This document shows, piece by piece, positions 45,688 through 54,286 of a stretch of DNA of 64,000 nt. The translations under genes were made by a program, and so were the position numbers. The stretch is from a virus. Taxonomy: Duplodnaviria; Caudoviricetes. Each line of letters begins with the position of its first letter. Position 1 is the first letter of the stretch. Where the stretch lies: positions 2,760 to 66,759 of IMG/VR virus record IMGVR_UViG_3300030097_000310; one strand, given 5' to 3'. The notes below the pieces were generated by a model. That model was given only the letters and a program-made list of their open reading frames with translations, searched no databases and was not told the origin of the DNA.

Positions 45688-46266
45688 ATGGCACAACTCG
45701 GCTCGAAATTTAACGCTACCGAACACGACACGGAGCAGCGCGACGACTACCCGGAACTCCCGAACGGCATCTACCGGCTCGAAATGGAAGCGTCGGAAAT
45801 CAAGGAAAACCCGCGCAAGAACGGCAACGGCACCAACACGCTACTGAAGACCACGTTTAACGTGCTCGAGCCGGCTGAATACGAAGGCCGGAAGCTCTTC
45901 AATAATTACAACCTTGAGCACGAAAGCTCGCAGGCGCAGGAAATCGGTCAGAAGCAGTTCGCCGCGCTTTGCCGCGCCGTCGAAATCGCCGAGGTCGACG
46001 ATTCCGAAGAACTGCACTTCCGCGCGTTCACAGCGACCGTAAAACTCGGCAAGCCGTCGAAGGAAAAAGACGCCAACGGAAACCCGGCCTACCCGGCGCG
46101 CGCTGAAATCAAACGCTACTACTTCCCCGACGAAGGTAACGTGCCGGAACCTGCGATCGACGACAACCAGCCGAAAGCGGCGCCCGCCAAAGACAACCGC
46201 CAGGCGGCAAGCAACGACAACAAGCCAGCCGCCGCCAGCGGTCAGAAAAAGCGGCCGTGGGGGTGA
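45688..46266 (+). CDS. DUF669-like single-stranded DNA-binding protein
   Basis: LPNGIY, EYEGRKLF..NL, AQEIG..FAALCRA; ends KRPWG. Confidence 0.8.
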   Translation: MAQLGSKFNATEHDTEQRDDYPELPNGIYRLEMEASEIKENPRKNGNGTNTLLKTTFNVLEPAEYEGRKLFNNYNLEHESSQAQEIGQKQFAALCRAVEIAEVDDSEELHFRAFTATVKLGKPSKEKDANGNPAYPARAEIKRYYFPDEGNVPEPAIDDNQPKAAPAKDNRQAASNDNKPAAASGQKKRPWG

Positions 46267-46268
46267 GT

Positions 46269-46436
46269 ATGACACTAGGATGGCCGCAAATCATCTACCT
46301 GCTGCTTGTCGCGCTTAGCCTTGGTGTATCCATCGCCAAGCACGGTCAGGTGCGCGATCCATACAATGTCATGGATTCAATCATCGCGACAACTATTGTC
46401 CTGCCGCTGCTCTATTGGGGCGGATTCTTTGGCTAG
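46269..46436 (+). CDS. Small two-TM protein
   Basis: MTLGWPQIIYLLL..LLYWGGFFG, 55 aa. Confidence 0.55.
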   Translation: MTLGWPQIIYLLLVALSLGVSIAKHGQVRDPYNVMDSIIATTIVLPLLYWGGFFG

Positions 46437-46526
46437 CAAATAAAAAGCGGCGGGAACCACCACGGAACCCGCCGCCTATATACCACCACAACGAGAACCA
46501 CCACAGAACCCGTCGAGGAGTAACCG

Positions 46527-47585
46527 ATGCGCATTGCACGCAACGATTTCGCGCGCCTTTTACAGCAAGTCGTGAAGGCCGTCAATAGCAGAAACACCAT
46601 TCCAGTGCTCGGTACGCTTCGGCTTGAAGCGTCTGGCGGCGCGCTAACCGTAACCGCTACCGACCTTGACTTGGAGATCAGCGGATCGATCGAAGCGGAA
46701 GGCGACTATATCGGTTGCATCGACGCCAGAATGCTCGCCGGCGCAGTAGGCAAGTTCAAGGGCGACGAGGTCACAATCGAGGCTGACGGCGACGATGCAG
46801 TAATCAAGTCAGGCCGCAGCCGCTTCAAGATGCAGACTATTCCGGTAGGCGACTTCCCTACAATGGATGGGGGCAAGTTCGGCGCTACACTGGCGCTGGA
46901 TCTTGCCGCTCTTTTTGCGCCGGTAGCGTTCGCCATGTCGGTCGAAGACGCGCGCTATTACCTGAATGGCATCTATATGCATCCGGTCGACGGCAAGCTT
47001 GTCGCGGTCGCCACGGACGGCCACAGGCTTTCCGCTAATTCTGTCGACGTGCCGCATGAGCAGCCGACCGCTGTTTTCGAGGGCATCATCATTCCGACGA
47101 AGACGGTCAACCTGCTGCCGAAGGGAGAGGTTACTGTCGATATCAGCGACGCCAAAATCCGCATTACGGACGGCAAGACGACAATCCTTAGCAAGCTGAT
47201 CGACTGTGTATTTCCGGATTACCAGCGCGTCATTCCATCCGGCAACGACAAGAATATCGTCTTTGACAACGCTACGATGCGAGATGCCGCGGACCGCGTT
47301 GCGCTGGCGTCCAACGAGCGCGGACGCGCCGTCAAGATGACGATCACGGAAGGCGTATGCGACCTTACGGTGCGCGGTGATGCGGAAGGAACCGACAGCG
47401 TGTCAGTCGATTACAGCGGCGAGGAAGTCAACATAGGCTTCAACAGCCGGTACGTCGTTGACGTGCTTGGCGCGCTTCCGCCAGGCGACGTCAACATGGC
47501 GGTTGCTGACGGCGGATCGCCTGCGTTGCTTACCAGCGACAAGGCGCCGTCGCAGCGCATCGTAATTATGCCTATGCGGGTGTAG
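46527..47585 (+). CDS. dnaN: DNA polymerase III beta sliding clamp (phage-encoded)
   Basis: TIPVLG, ATDLDL, RYYLNG, VATDGHRL, FPDYQRVIP, IGFNSRY, IMPMRV. Confidence 0.95.
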   Translation: MRIARNDFARLLQQVVKAVNSRNTIPVLGTLRLEASGGALTVTATDLDLEISGSIEAEGDYIGCIDARMLAGAVGKFKGDEVTIEADGDDAVIKSGRSRFKMQTIPVGDFPTMDGGKFGATLALDLAALFAPVAFAMSVEDARYYLNGIYMHPVDGKLVAVATDGHRLSANSVDVPHEQPTAVFEGIIIPTKTVNLLPKGEVTVDISDAKIRITDGKTTILSKLIDCVFPDYQRVIPSGNDKNIVFDNATMRDAADRVALASNERGRAVKMTITEGVCDLTVRGDAEGTDSVSVDYSGEEVNIGFNSRYVVDVLGALPPGDVNMAVADGGSPALLTSDKAPSQRIVIMPMRV

Positions 47586-47737
47586 GGCGATGACAAACAA
47601 GGAAGCAGCAACGCAGCTAGAGGTAGCGTCGCATTGGCTTAGCGAGGCCGCTGTCGCGCTCGTCAAAGAGGACTACCTGCGCGACAACCTACGCCGTGTT
47701 GCACGCGAGTGCAACCGGGCGGCAAGGAGGTTAACCG

Positions 47738-47995
47738 ATGACAAAACCTAGACCATACATGCCGTCAAACGGCACGGAAGGCGATTGGTTCGAAAGTCAG
47801 TGGTGCGCGGATTGCCACCACGACGATTACGACAACGACGTTTATTGCGCGTTGCTTTCGAAGGCGCACTGCGGCGACCAGCCAGACGAATGGATTTACC
47901 GCGATGACAAGCCGACTTGCACCGCGTTTCGCGACGCTAGCAAGCCGATGCCTATACCGCGTTGCCCTGACACATTGGAGATGTTTCCGGAATGA
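47738..47995 (+). CDS. Small Cys-rich protein
   Basis: SNGTEG..WCADC..C; ends TLEMFPE. Confidence 0.6.
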   Translation: MTKPRPYMPSNGTEGDWFESQWCADCHHDDYDNDVYCALLSKAHCGDQPDEWIYRDDKPTCTAFRDASKPMPIPRCPDTLEMFPE

Positions 47996-48258
47996 CTAAA
48001 CGATCACAGATTCCGACAAGCCTTGAGGTCGACGGAGCGCGAGGCGGTTCGTTCGTTCGCATTGATAAAACAGACAGGGAGGGAATCGTTGACATTGAAG
48101 TCGGACACTCCTGCGTTATTACGGTAAGGCAGGAATTGCCGGTTACATGGCTGGCAGCGCTTCTCACGCACGCGAAGGATATTGGCTTCGAAAACGCGAT
48201 GGGCGACCGCGAGCAGTTCCCGGCAGACTACGCCTTAATGTGTGATCCGGTCTCCTAA
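47992..48258 (+). CDS. Hypothetical protein
   Basis: Coupled ORF. Confidence 0.55.
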   Translation: MTKRSQIPTSLEVDGARGGSFVRIDKTDREGIVDIEVGHSCVITVRQELPVTWLAALLTHAKDIGFENAMGDREQFPADYALMCDPVS

Positions 48259-49202
48259 TGCCACCAATCCCAAAGCCAACCGCGTCAACCGTTCGCGCCA
48301 TCTATCAAGCTTACGAAGATGCAAACGAGCATTACGACTCGCTTGGCATTAGCGTCGGCGAGATCGGCCACGAATGCGACCGATACCTTTGGTATAACCT
48401 GCGGTGGGCAAGCGCGCCGGAGGCTATAGAGGGGCGCAAGCTTTCAATCTTCCGGACGGGCGACCGTTGGGAAGAAGTGCTGGTTAGCGACCTGGAGCGC
48501 ATTGGCGTCGACGTGTGGGGGCAGCAGGACCGCATCAGGCTTGCCGGCGGGCATATTCGCGGCAAGTGCGACGGCAAGGCTATAGGTATACCAGAAGCGC
48601 CAAAGACGGAACACCTATGCGAGTTCAAATCTTCAAACGAAAAGAGCTTCAAGGATATCGTAAAGCTCGGCTGCGAAAAGGCGAAGCCGCTGCATTACGG
48701 ACAATGTCAAATTGGAATGCACGCCTTTGGACTAAGCCGCGCGCTGTACCTTGTCGTCAACAAGAATGACGACGCGCGCTACGCCGAGCGGATCGAATAC
48801 GACGCATCCTACTGCTTGCGCCAGATCGCTCGAGCTGAACGCATAATTGGACTTAACGAGCCGCCATCGCGCATCAGCGATAAGCCCGATATTCCGCCCT
48901 GCCTGTTCTGCAAGCACAAGGCGGTTTGCCATGAAGACGCATGGCCGCGCCCGACGTGTCGGTCGTGCTTGCACAGTACGCCTGAAATGTCGGGAGACGC
49001 GCACTGGTCGTGCGCAAGGTGGTCAAAGCCGCTGTCGATCGACGAGCAAAAAGCGGGCTGTCCGGCGCATTTGTTTCTACCTGGCTTGGTGCCGGGAACG
49101 CTAGTCGACAGCGACGAGGAAAACGAAACAGTGACTTACACGCTGCGCAACGGCAGCGAGTGGGTCGACGGTGGTGGTAATGTGGAGGCGCGTAGTGAGT
49201 AA
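48258..49202 (+). CDS. Cas4-like PD-(D/E)XK exonuclease
   Basis: IGHECDR, GKCDG, EFKS, YGQCQ, CLFC..C, TCRSC. Confidence 0.88.
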   Translation: MPPIPKPTASTVRAIYQAYEDANEHYDSLGISVGEIGHECDRYLWYNLRWASAPEAIEGRKLSIFRTGDRWEEVLVSDLERIGVDVWGQQDRIRLAGGHIRGKCDGKAIGIPEAPKTEHLCEFKSSNEKSFKDIVKLGCEKAKPLHYGQCQIGMHAFGLSRALYLVVNKNDDARYAERIEYDASYCLRQIARAERIIGLNEPPSRISDKPDIPPCLFCKHKAVCHEDAWPRPTCRSCLHSTPEMSGDAHWSCARWSKPLSIDEQKAGCPAHLFLPGLVPGTLVDSDEENETVTYTLRNGSEWVDGGGNVEARSE

Positions 49203-49545
49203 AAAACCTAGGCCGATCTGCCCGATATGCGGCGAGCGCGCAACTAGGAGCATGACGGCATACGGGTTGCGCCATGATTGTTGCGGATTGTGGTCTTGGG
49301 GCAATAAGCCTCTAGCAGACGCAGACACGCACGAATTTAGAAAGAAGGCGCATGCCGCGCTTGATAGACTATGGCTTTCCGGGCGCTTATCTCGCGGCGA
49401 GGCATACCGCGCGTTGTCTTGGGCTACCGGATGGCCTGAGCGCGACTGCCATATGATGCACATGCCAAAAGAGAGAGCCGCGTTGGTTCCAGATGCAGTT
49501 CGCAAGATATGGATTGAACTTGACGGGGAGGCGACAACCAAGTGA
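49195..49545 (+). CDS. DUF3268-like zinc-finger protein
   Basis: CPICG..CCG, AHAALDRLW, R.EAYRAL. Confidence 0.7.
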   Translation: MSKKPRPICPICGERATRSMTAYGLRHDCCGLWSWGNKPLADADTHEFRKKAHAALDRLWLSGRLSRGEAYRALSWATGWPERDCHMMHMPKERAALVPDAVRKIWIELDGEATTK

Positions 49546-49886
49546 AACCCACAGCGTATTACGAGCGGCGTATTGTTGAGCTCGAGACAGAAGTCGAGCG
49601 GTTAACGCAGGTGGCGGAAGCCGATCGCGGCAAGCGCGCACCGCTGGAGTGGGGTTTGACACCAGCGGAAAACGCTATCGTGTGTCGGCTGGCGTTCCGT
49701 GAATTGGCGTCCGTTGAGTCGCTTAGGATGGCGGCCGGATCAAAATCAAACGGCACAGTGCGCGTTCAACTGCACAACGCTAAGCGCAAACTAAAGCCGC
49801 ACGGATACACCATTCGCAACATTTACGGCCACGGCTACACGGTCAGCGACAGACTGAAACTGAAACGGGAGATATGCGGTGCTTAA
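49542..49886 (+). CDS. Winged-helix (OmpR C-terminal-like) protein
   Basis: WGLTPAE, VRVQLHNAKRKL, IRNIYGHGY. Confidence 0.75.
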   Translation: MKPTAYYERRIVELETEVERLTQVAEADRGKRAPLEWGLTPAENAIVCRLAFRELASVESLRMAAGSKSNGTVRVQLHNAKRKLKPHGYTIRNIYGHGYTVSDRLKLKREICGA

Positions 49887-51633
49887 GCTACGCGACTACC
49901 AACAGGCTGCGGTCGACTCGCTGTACGAATACTGGTCCAAGGAGGCTGGATCCCCGCTTATCGTGATACCGACCGGCGGGGGGAAGAGCTTGATTCTTGC
50001 AACGGTCGTCAAAGACCTGGTCGAGAACTACCCGGATATGCGGATCCTTATCGTTACGCACGTCAAGGAGCTGATCGCGCAGAACGCGCAGGAATTGTTT
50101 GGACTGTGGCCGCAGGCTCCGGCCGGTATATTCTCCGCGGGGCTAGGCAGGCGCGACGCAAGGGCGCAGATCATATTCGGCGGCGTGCAGACCATCGCCA
50201 GCAAGACTGCGCTTATAGGCCATATCGACTTGGTTCTGGTCGACGAGGCGCACTTGATGCCACGGAAGTCGGAAACGCAATACGGCAAGCTGATCGCCGG
50301 TCTGCGCAAGACCAACCCTGACCTTAAGTTGGTCGGGCTTACCGCTACGCCATTCCGCATGGGGGAGGGATTACTGCACGAGGGTGAAGGCGCGCTGTTT
50401 GACGCGATAGCCTACGAAAAGCCAATCGGAGAAATGATCGAGGACGGATACCTGTGCAAGCCGATTTCAAAAGGCATGCACACAGGATTCGACCTTACCG
50501 GAGTCGGCAAGGTTGGCGGCGATTACAACCAAGGCAAACTGCAGGCCGCCGTCGACAAGGCGGATGTAACGCGCGCCGTGGTTAGCGAGGTTGTCGGCTA
50601 TGGCGATGGCCGCAAGTCGTGGCTGCTGTTCTGCTCTGGCGTCGAGCATGCCTTTCACGTGCGCGATGAAATCCGCGACCGCGGCTATAGTTGCGAAACG
50701 GTATGCGGCGACACGCCGGCCGACGAGCGGGCGCGCATCCTTGCAGACTTCAAAGCAGGTAAGATACGCGCTGTGACGAATAACGCCGTCATGACGACAG
50801 GCACGAATATTCCGTCAATCGATCTCGTTGCGTTTTTACGCCCGACTCTGTCCGCTTCGCTCTACATCCAAATGGCGGGGCGCGGTCTGCGCATTGCGCC
50901 TGGCAAAGACAACTGCCTGTTTCTGGACTTCGCAGGAGTGGTCCGCAAGCACGGACCGATCGACTGCGTTACGCCACCCAATGCGCGGAGCGGAGAGGGC
51001 GAGGCGCCCGTCAAGATATGTCCGCAGGAGCCGGACGACTTTGGCAGAATAGGCTGCGGATCCTTGGTGCATGCCAGCGCACGTGTGTGTCCTGACTGCG
51101 GCTTTGAATTTCCGATCGACGACGCGCCGAAGATCAAGGACAGTGCGGAGGACGCACCGATATACGGACAAGGCGACGCAACTTGGCGCACCGTAACGTC
51201 GCGCCGCTTCGATTACCACGAAGGCAAGGCGGACAAGCCGCCTAGCGTCAAGGTGACTTATATGTGTGGCATGACAGCCATTCGCGAGTGGTTGTGTCCC
51301 CAACACCAAGGTTTCGCGAAATCCAAGGCGGACCGATATTGGGTAAAGCACGGCGGCGAGCGTCCGTTTCCGGCTACCGTCATGGAATGGCTTGAGCGGC
51401 AACGCGAGCTAACCGGCACTGCGGAGATATCAGTAAAGCCTGACGGCAAATACTGGTCGGTTCAGTCACAGAAGCCAGGCGATATGCAGGAACCTGAGCC
51501 GGAGGAATACAAGCCGGACGGTACCGCCGGCGCTAACGATGGCACAGTAGAATGGTATCCTGGTGAGCATTCGCGCGGCAACATTGGATACGCAACAGCA
51601 GAGGAGTTGATGGATGACGAAATCCCGTTCTGA
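49879..51633 (+). CDS. SF2 helicase (RadD/YejH-like) with zinc ribbon
   Basis: PTGGGKS, DEAH, GLTATP, QMAGRGLR, CPDCG; ends DDEIPF. Confidence 0.93.
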   Translation: MLKLRDYQQAAVDSLYEYWSKEAGSPLIVIPTGGGKSLILATVVKDLVENYPDMRILIVTHVKELIAQNAQELFGLWPQAPAGIFSAGLGRRDARAQIIFGGVQTIASKTALIGHIDLVLVDEAHLMPRKSETQYGKLIAGLRKTNPDLKLVGLTATPFRMGEGLLHEGEGALFDAIAYEKPIGEMIEDGYLCKPISKGMHTGFDLTGVGKVGGDYNQGKLQAAVDKADVTRAVVSEVVGYGDGRKSWLLFCSGVEHAFHVRDEIRDRGYSCETVCGDTPADERARILADFKAGKIRAVTNNAVMTTGTNIPSIDLVAFLRPTLSASLYIQMAGRGLRIAPGKDNCLFLDFAGVVRKHGPIDCVTPPNARSGEGEAPVKICPQEPDDFGRIGCGSLVHASARVCPDCGFEFPIDDAPKIKDSAEDAPIYGQGDATWRTVTSRRFDYHEGKADKPPSVKVTYMCGMTAIREWLCPQHQGFAKSKADRYWVKHGGERPFPATVMEWLERQRELTGTAEISVKPDGKYWSVQSQKPGDMQEPEPEEYKPDGTAGANDGTVEWYPGEHSRGNIGYATAEELMDDEIPF

Positions 51634-51790
51634 GCCAACAGATATCATAGGCGCAAATGCCATCGCCGATTTGCGCGCTGCAGGCTGGATAATAGTGCGC
51701 GACGACGCCATCCGCTTGGCGCAGATCGCGGCGCGTTACGAGGCAGATAATGACAATGTGCCTATTGCTAAAATAGGCGAAAACGCATAA
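51614..51790 (+). CDS. Small hypothetical protein (58 aa)
   Basis: GAGGAG RBS; MTKSRSEP...EADNDNVPIAKIGENA. Confidence 0.55.
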   Translation: MTKSRSEPTDIIGANAIADLRAAGWIIVRDDAIRLAQIAARYEADNDNVPIAKIGENA

Positions 51791-51793
51791 TTT
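51765..51793 (+). promoter_or_regulatory. Internal promoter with operator 51774-51789
   Basis: TTGCTA-N17-TAATTT. Confidence 0.8.
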
Positions 51794-51830
51794 GAACGAC
51801 CACTATTGAACCACCACAAAGGAATCAACG

Positions 51831-52238
51831 ATGACCGAACTTACAGACATGCTCGGCAAGCACATGCTGGATGCCGTCGACTTCTCAAAGGAAAGCCGCA
51901 AGCGTTGGACTGACGAGTACGAGGATTGCGCTGTTTGCCGATTCCGCTTGAACGGAACGGTATACGCAGCGGTCGAGGATCCGAGCGACGGCTACCGTAG
52001 TTGCATGCAGGAACTAATCGTCGACGATCTTGCCGAAATGCAGAACGTATTTCCTCCAATCGAGGTTGTTGGGACGCACAAGACAAGCGGCAGCTTTGGC
52101 GACAAAGACGACATCCTGCAGTTGATCGACACAACAACAGGTAAGGCTGTGCTTGAGGTCGGAACCGCCAGCACGGACGACTATTACCCGTCGTTTGTTT
52201 CGCATTTCGACCCTGCCGCTATGGCGACGAACGCCTAA
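51831..52238 (+). CDS. Hypothetical protein
   Basis: EDPSDGYRS..DDYYP; AAAGGA RBS. Confidence 0.7.
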   Translation: MTELTDMLGKHMLDAVDFSKESRKRWTDEYEDCAVCRFRLNGTVYAAVEDPSDGYRSCMQELIVDDLAEMQNVFPPIEVVGTHKTSGSFGDKDDILQLIDTTTGKAVLEVGTASTDDYYPSFVSHFDPAAMATNA

Positions 52239-52264
52239 ACCACCACGCTTCAGGAACCACCACA

Positions 52265-52726
52265 ATGTCATCTGCTGAAACTGTAACACTGCGCCATATA
52301 GCTCGCGTTAGCGAATTGCTTGGGAAATTCGCAATCGAAATGATCCAGCGAGGAGCGAGGCACGACGCAAGCAAGTTCGATCCGGTGGAGATGCACCCAC
52401 TACAAAAGATGCAGGAGATGATCGACGAAGAGGGGCCGGCACCATACGGAACGGAAGAGTACAAGCGGCGTACGGCGATTCTAGGACCGATGCTCAAGCA
52501 CCATTACGAGAACAATTCCCATCACCCTGAACACTACGAAAACGGCGTCAACTGCATGGATCTTTTCGACGTCGTCGAGATGTTCTTTGATTGGAAGGCG
52601 GCCAGCGAGCGCGGCGAAGAGAGCGCAATGAACATCTCGCATGCGTGCGCCAAGTATAAAATCGACGAGCAACTAACTGGCATTTTTCGCAACACGGCCG
52701 GTCGCCTCGGTTACGCTCACAAGTAG
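52265..52726 (+). CDS. DUF5662-like HD-type protein
   Basis: HDASKF, HHYENNSHHPEH, EMFFDWKAA. Confidence 0.7.
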   Translation: MSSAETVTLRHIARVSELLGKFAIEMIQRGARHDASKFDPVEMHPLQKMQEMIDEEGPAPYGTEEYKRRTAILGPMLKHHYENNSHHPEHYENGVNCMDLFDVVEMFFDWKAASERGEESAMNISHACAKYKIDEQLTGIFRNTAGRLGYAHK

Positions 52727-52735
52727 GGGAACGCC

Positions 52736-53236
52736 ATGAACTACCATTACGAGATTGCCGCCATCGAGCGCGCATTCGCAGACCTACTTACCGCATACCC
52801 GGAACTCGAGGAAGACGAAACGCTGCGAGCCGACATGTTGTCTGGAGAAACGGACGCAGACTTTGTGCTGTCGCGCCTGCTAACCGAGGAGCGCGATGCG
52901 AATTCCATGTCGGCCGCGATCGGCGAGCGCATCAAGGATTTGCAAGCGCGAAAAGCTCGCTCCGACAAGCGCAAAGACGCCATGCGGTCTCTGATGCTCA
53001 AGCTAATGAAGGTCGGCTGCATTACCAAGCGCAAGCTTGCCGAAGCCACAATCAGCGTCGGCAAGGGTCGCGACAGCGTGGAGATTACCGACGAAACGCT
53101 GATCGCGCCGCGGTTTATGCGCGTTGTGAAGTCGCCAGACAAGACGCTTATCAAGGAAGCGCTTGAGGCCGGCCGCGTAGTCAAGGGCGCCGCTATCAAG
53201 ACCGGCGATGAAACGCTTAGCGTGCGGGTGGCGTGA
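52736..53236 (+). CDS. Siphovirus Gp157-like protein
   Basis: Coiled coil, PDKTLIKEALEAG..GAAI. Confidence 0.8.
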   Translation: MNYHYEIAAIERAFADLLTAYPELEEDETLRADMLSGETDADFVLSRLLTEERDANSMSAAIGERIKDLQARKARSDKRKDAMRSLMLKLMKVGCITKRKLAEATISVGKGRDSVEITDETLIAPRFMRVVKSPDKTLIKEALEAGRVVKGAAIKTGDETLSVRVA

Positions 53237-53442
53237 TGAAGACGCTAAAGGACGGATGGACTAAGAAATTCAAGGGAGACGAGCGCGGCGGCGCTTGGAT
53301 ATATACGCATCCTGACGCATTCGACGGAAGGGCTATTGTCGTTAACGGGAGCGGCGTTCGCTTTAACGGCATGTGGCTAGATTCTCTTGATGAGGCAAAG
53401 CGAGTCGCGCTTACCGCCCCTACGCAAGTGGAGGCGGGTTGA
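53233..53442 (+). CDS. Hypothetical protein
   Basis: Coupled ORF. Confidence 0.5.
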   Translation: MMKTLKDGWTKKFKGDERGGAWIYTHPDAFDGRAIVVNGSGVRFNGMWLDSLDEAKRVALTAPTQVEAG

Positions 53443-53678
53443 TGTGCAGCAAAGAAAACGTTGATGCACACGGGGCGCGAAAAGCCGGCACCACAAATTA
53501 CGGTGACCAGTACATGGAGTGCCCTGAATGCGGGCATACCGCGGAGGCAGAGTGCGTCGACGTTGGTGTCGGCCTCTACATCGACGACCAGTACATGTGC
53601 CGCTGTGGCTGGAACTCAGCAGCAGACGGCAAGCTAAACGTCGCAACATACGACGACTACTTCGTGGAGCAGGTATGA
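53439..53678 (+). CDS. Small zinc-finger protein
   Basis: CPECG..VDVGVG..CRCG. Confidence 0.6.
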   Translation: MMCSKENVDAHGARKAGTTNYGDQYMECPECGHTAEAECVDVGVGLYIDDQYMCRCGWNSAADGKLNVATYDDYFVEQV

Positions 53679-54286
53679 TTGACCGCGAATGCCCGGTTTG
53701 CGGGACCGTATTCCAGGTTGCGGAACACCGACTCAAACATGGTCGCGGCATCAACTGCTCGAAAGAATGTCAGTACATAGCCAATCGAGAGAAGCTTGCG
53801 AAGGAAAAGGTAAAACTTACGTGCATTGGTTGCGGTGCTGAATTTGAACGGCTGAATAGTTGGCTCGATAAAGGCAAGGGGATGGGCAAATTCTGCACAC
53901 GCGAATGCCGCGACGCTAACTGGAAAGGAGACATTACTCCAAACTGGCAAGGCGGCAACGGCGTCTATAAGCGAGGCCCGCATTGGCAGTCGATAAAGCG
54001 AGCAATCCTAAAGCGCGACAATTACGAATGCCAGGAATGCTGTGCGACTGGCGATTTGCACGTTCACCACAAGGTGCCATTCCGCATGTTTGACGACGCA
54101 GATGTTGCTAACCATGAAGACAACCTGATTAGTCTTTGTCCTCCGTGCCATAGAAAAGCAGACGCCGCACATAAGTGGGCCAAGGCTGGCGACGCTATTA
54201 TCAGGATGGGCTCCGGAAGCTACGCATGGGAACTGGCCCGCAAGATGATGGCAAACGACAATTTAGAACAAAGGGCGGCGGCATGA
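53675..54286 (+). CDS. HNH endonuclease with two Cys4 repeats
   Basis: CPVCG..CSKEC, CIGCG..CTREC, RDNYECQEC..VHHK..N..LCPPCH. Confidence 0.88.
   Translation: MIDRECPVCGTVFQVAEHRLKHGRGINCSKECQYIANREKLAKEKVKLTCIGCGAEFERLNSWLDKGKGMGKFCTRECRDANWKGDITPNWQGGNGVYKRGPHWQSIKRAILKRDNYECQECCATGDLHVHHKVPFRMFDDADVANHEDNLISLCPPCHRKADAAHKWAKAGDAIIRMGSGSYAWELARKMMANDNLEQRAAA

Noticed and set aside
46527-47585. dnaN as evidence of flanking host chromosome
   Set aside because: No dnaA/recF/gyrB context; it has a phage AACCACCAC leader and is embedded in the early operon
48258-49202. Cas4 as part of a CRISPR system
   Set aside because: Solo Cas4-like exonuclease in the usual AAA/SSB/helicase recombination context
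5551-52263. AACCACCAC as a Chi recombination site
   Set aside because: It does not match GCTGGTGG or GNTGGTGG exactly, and it follows transcription direction and start codons rather than replication polarity
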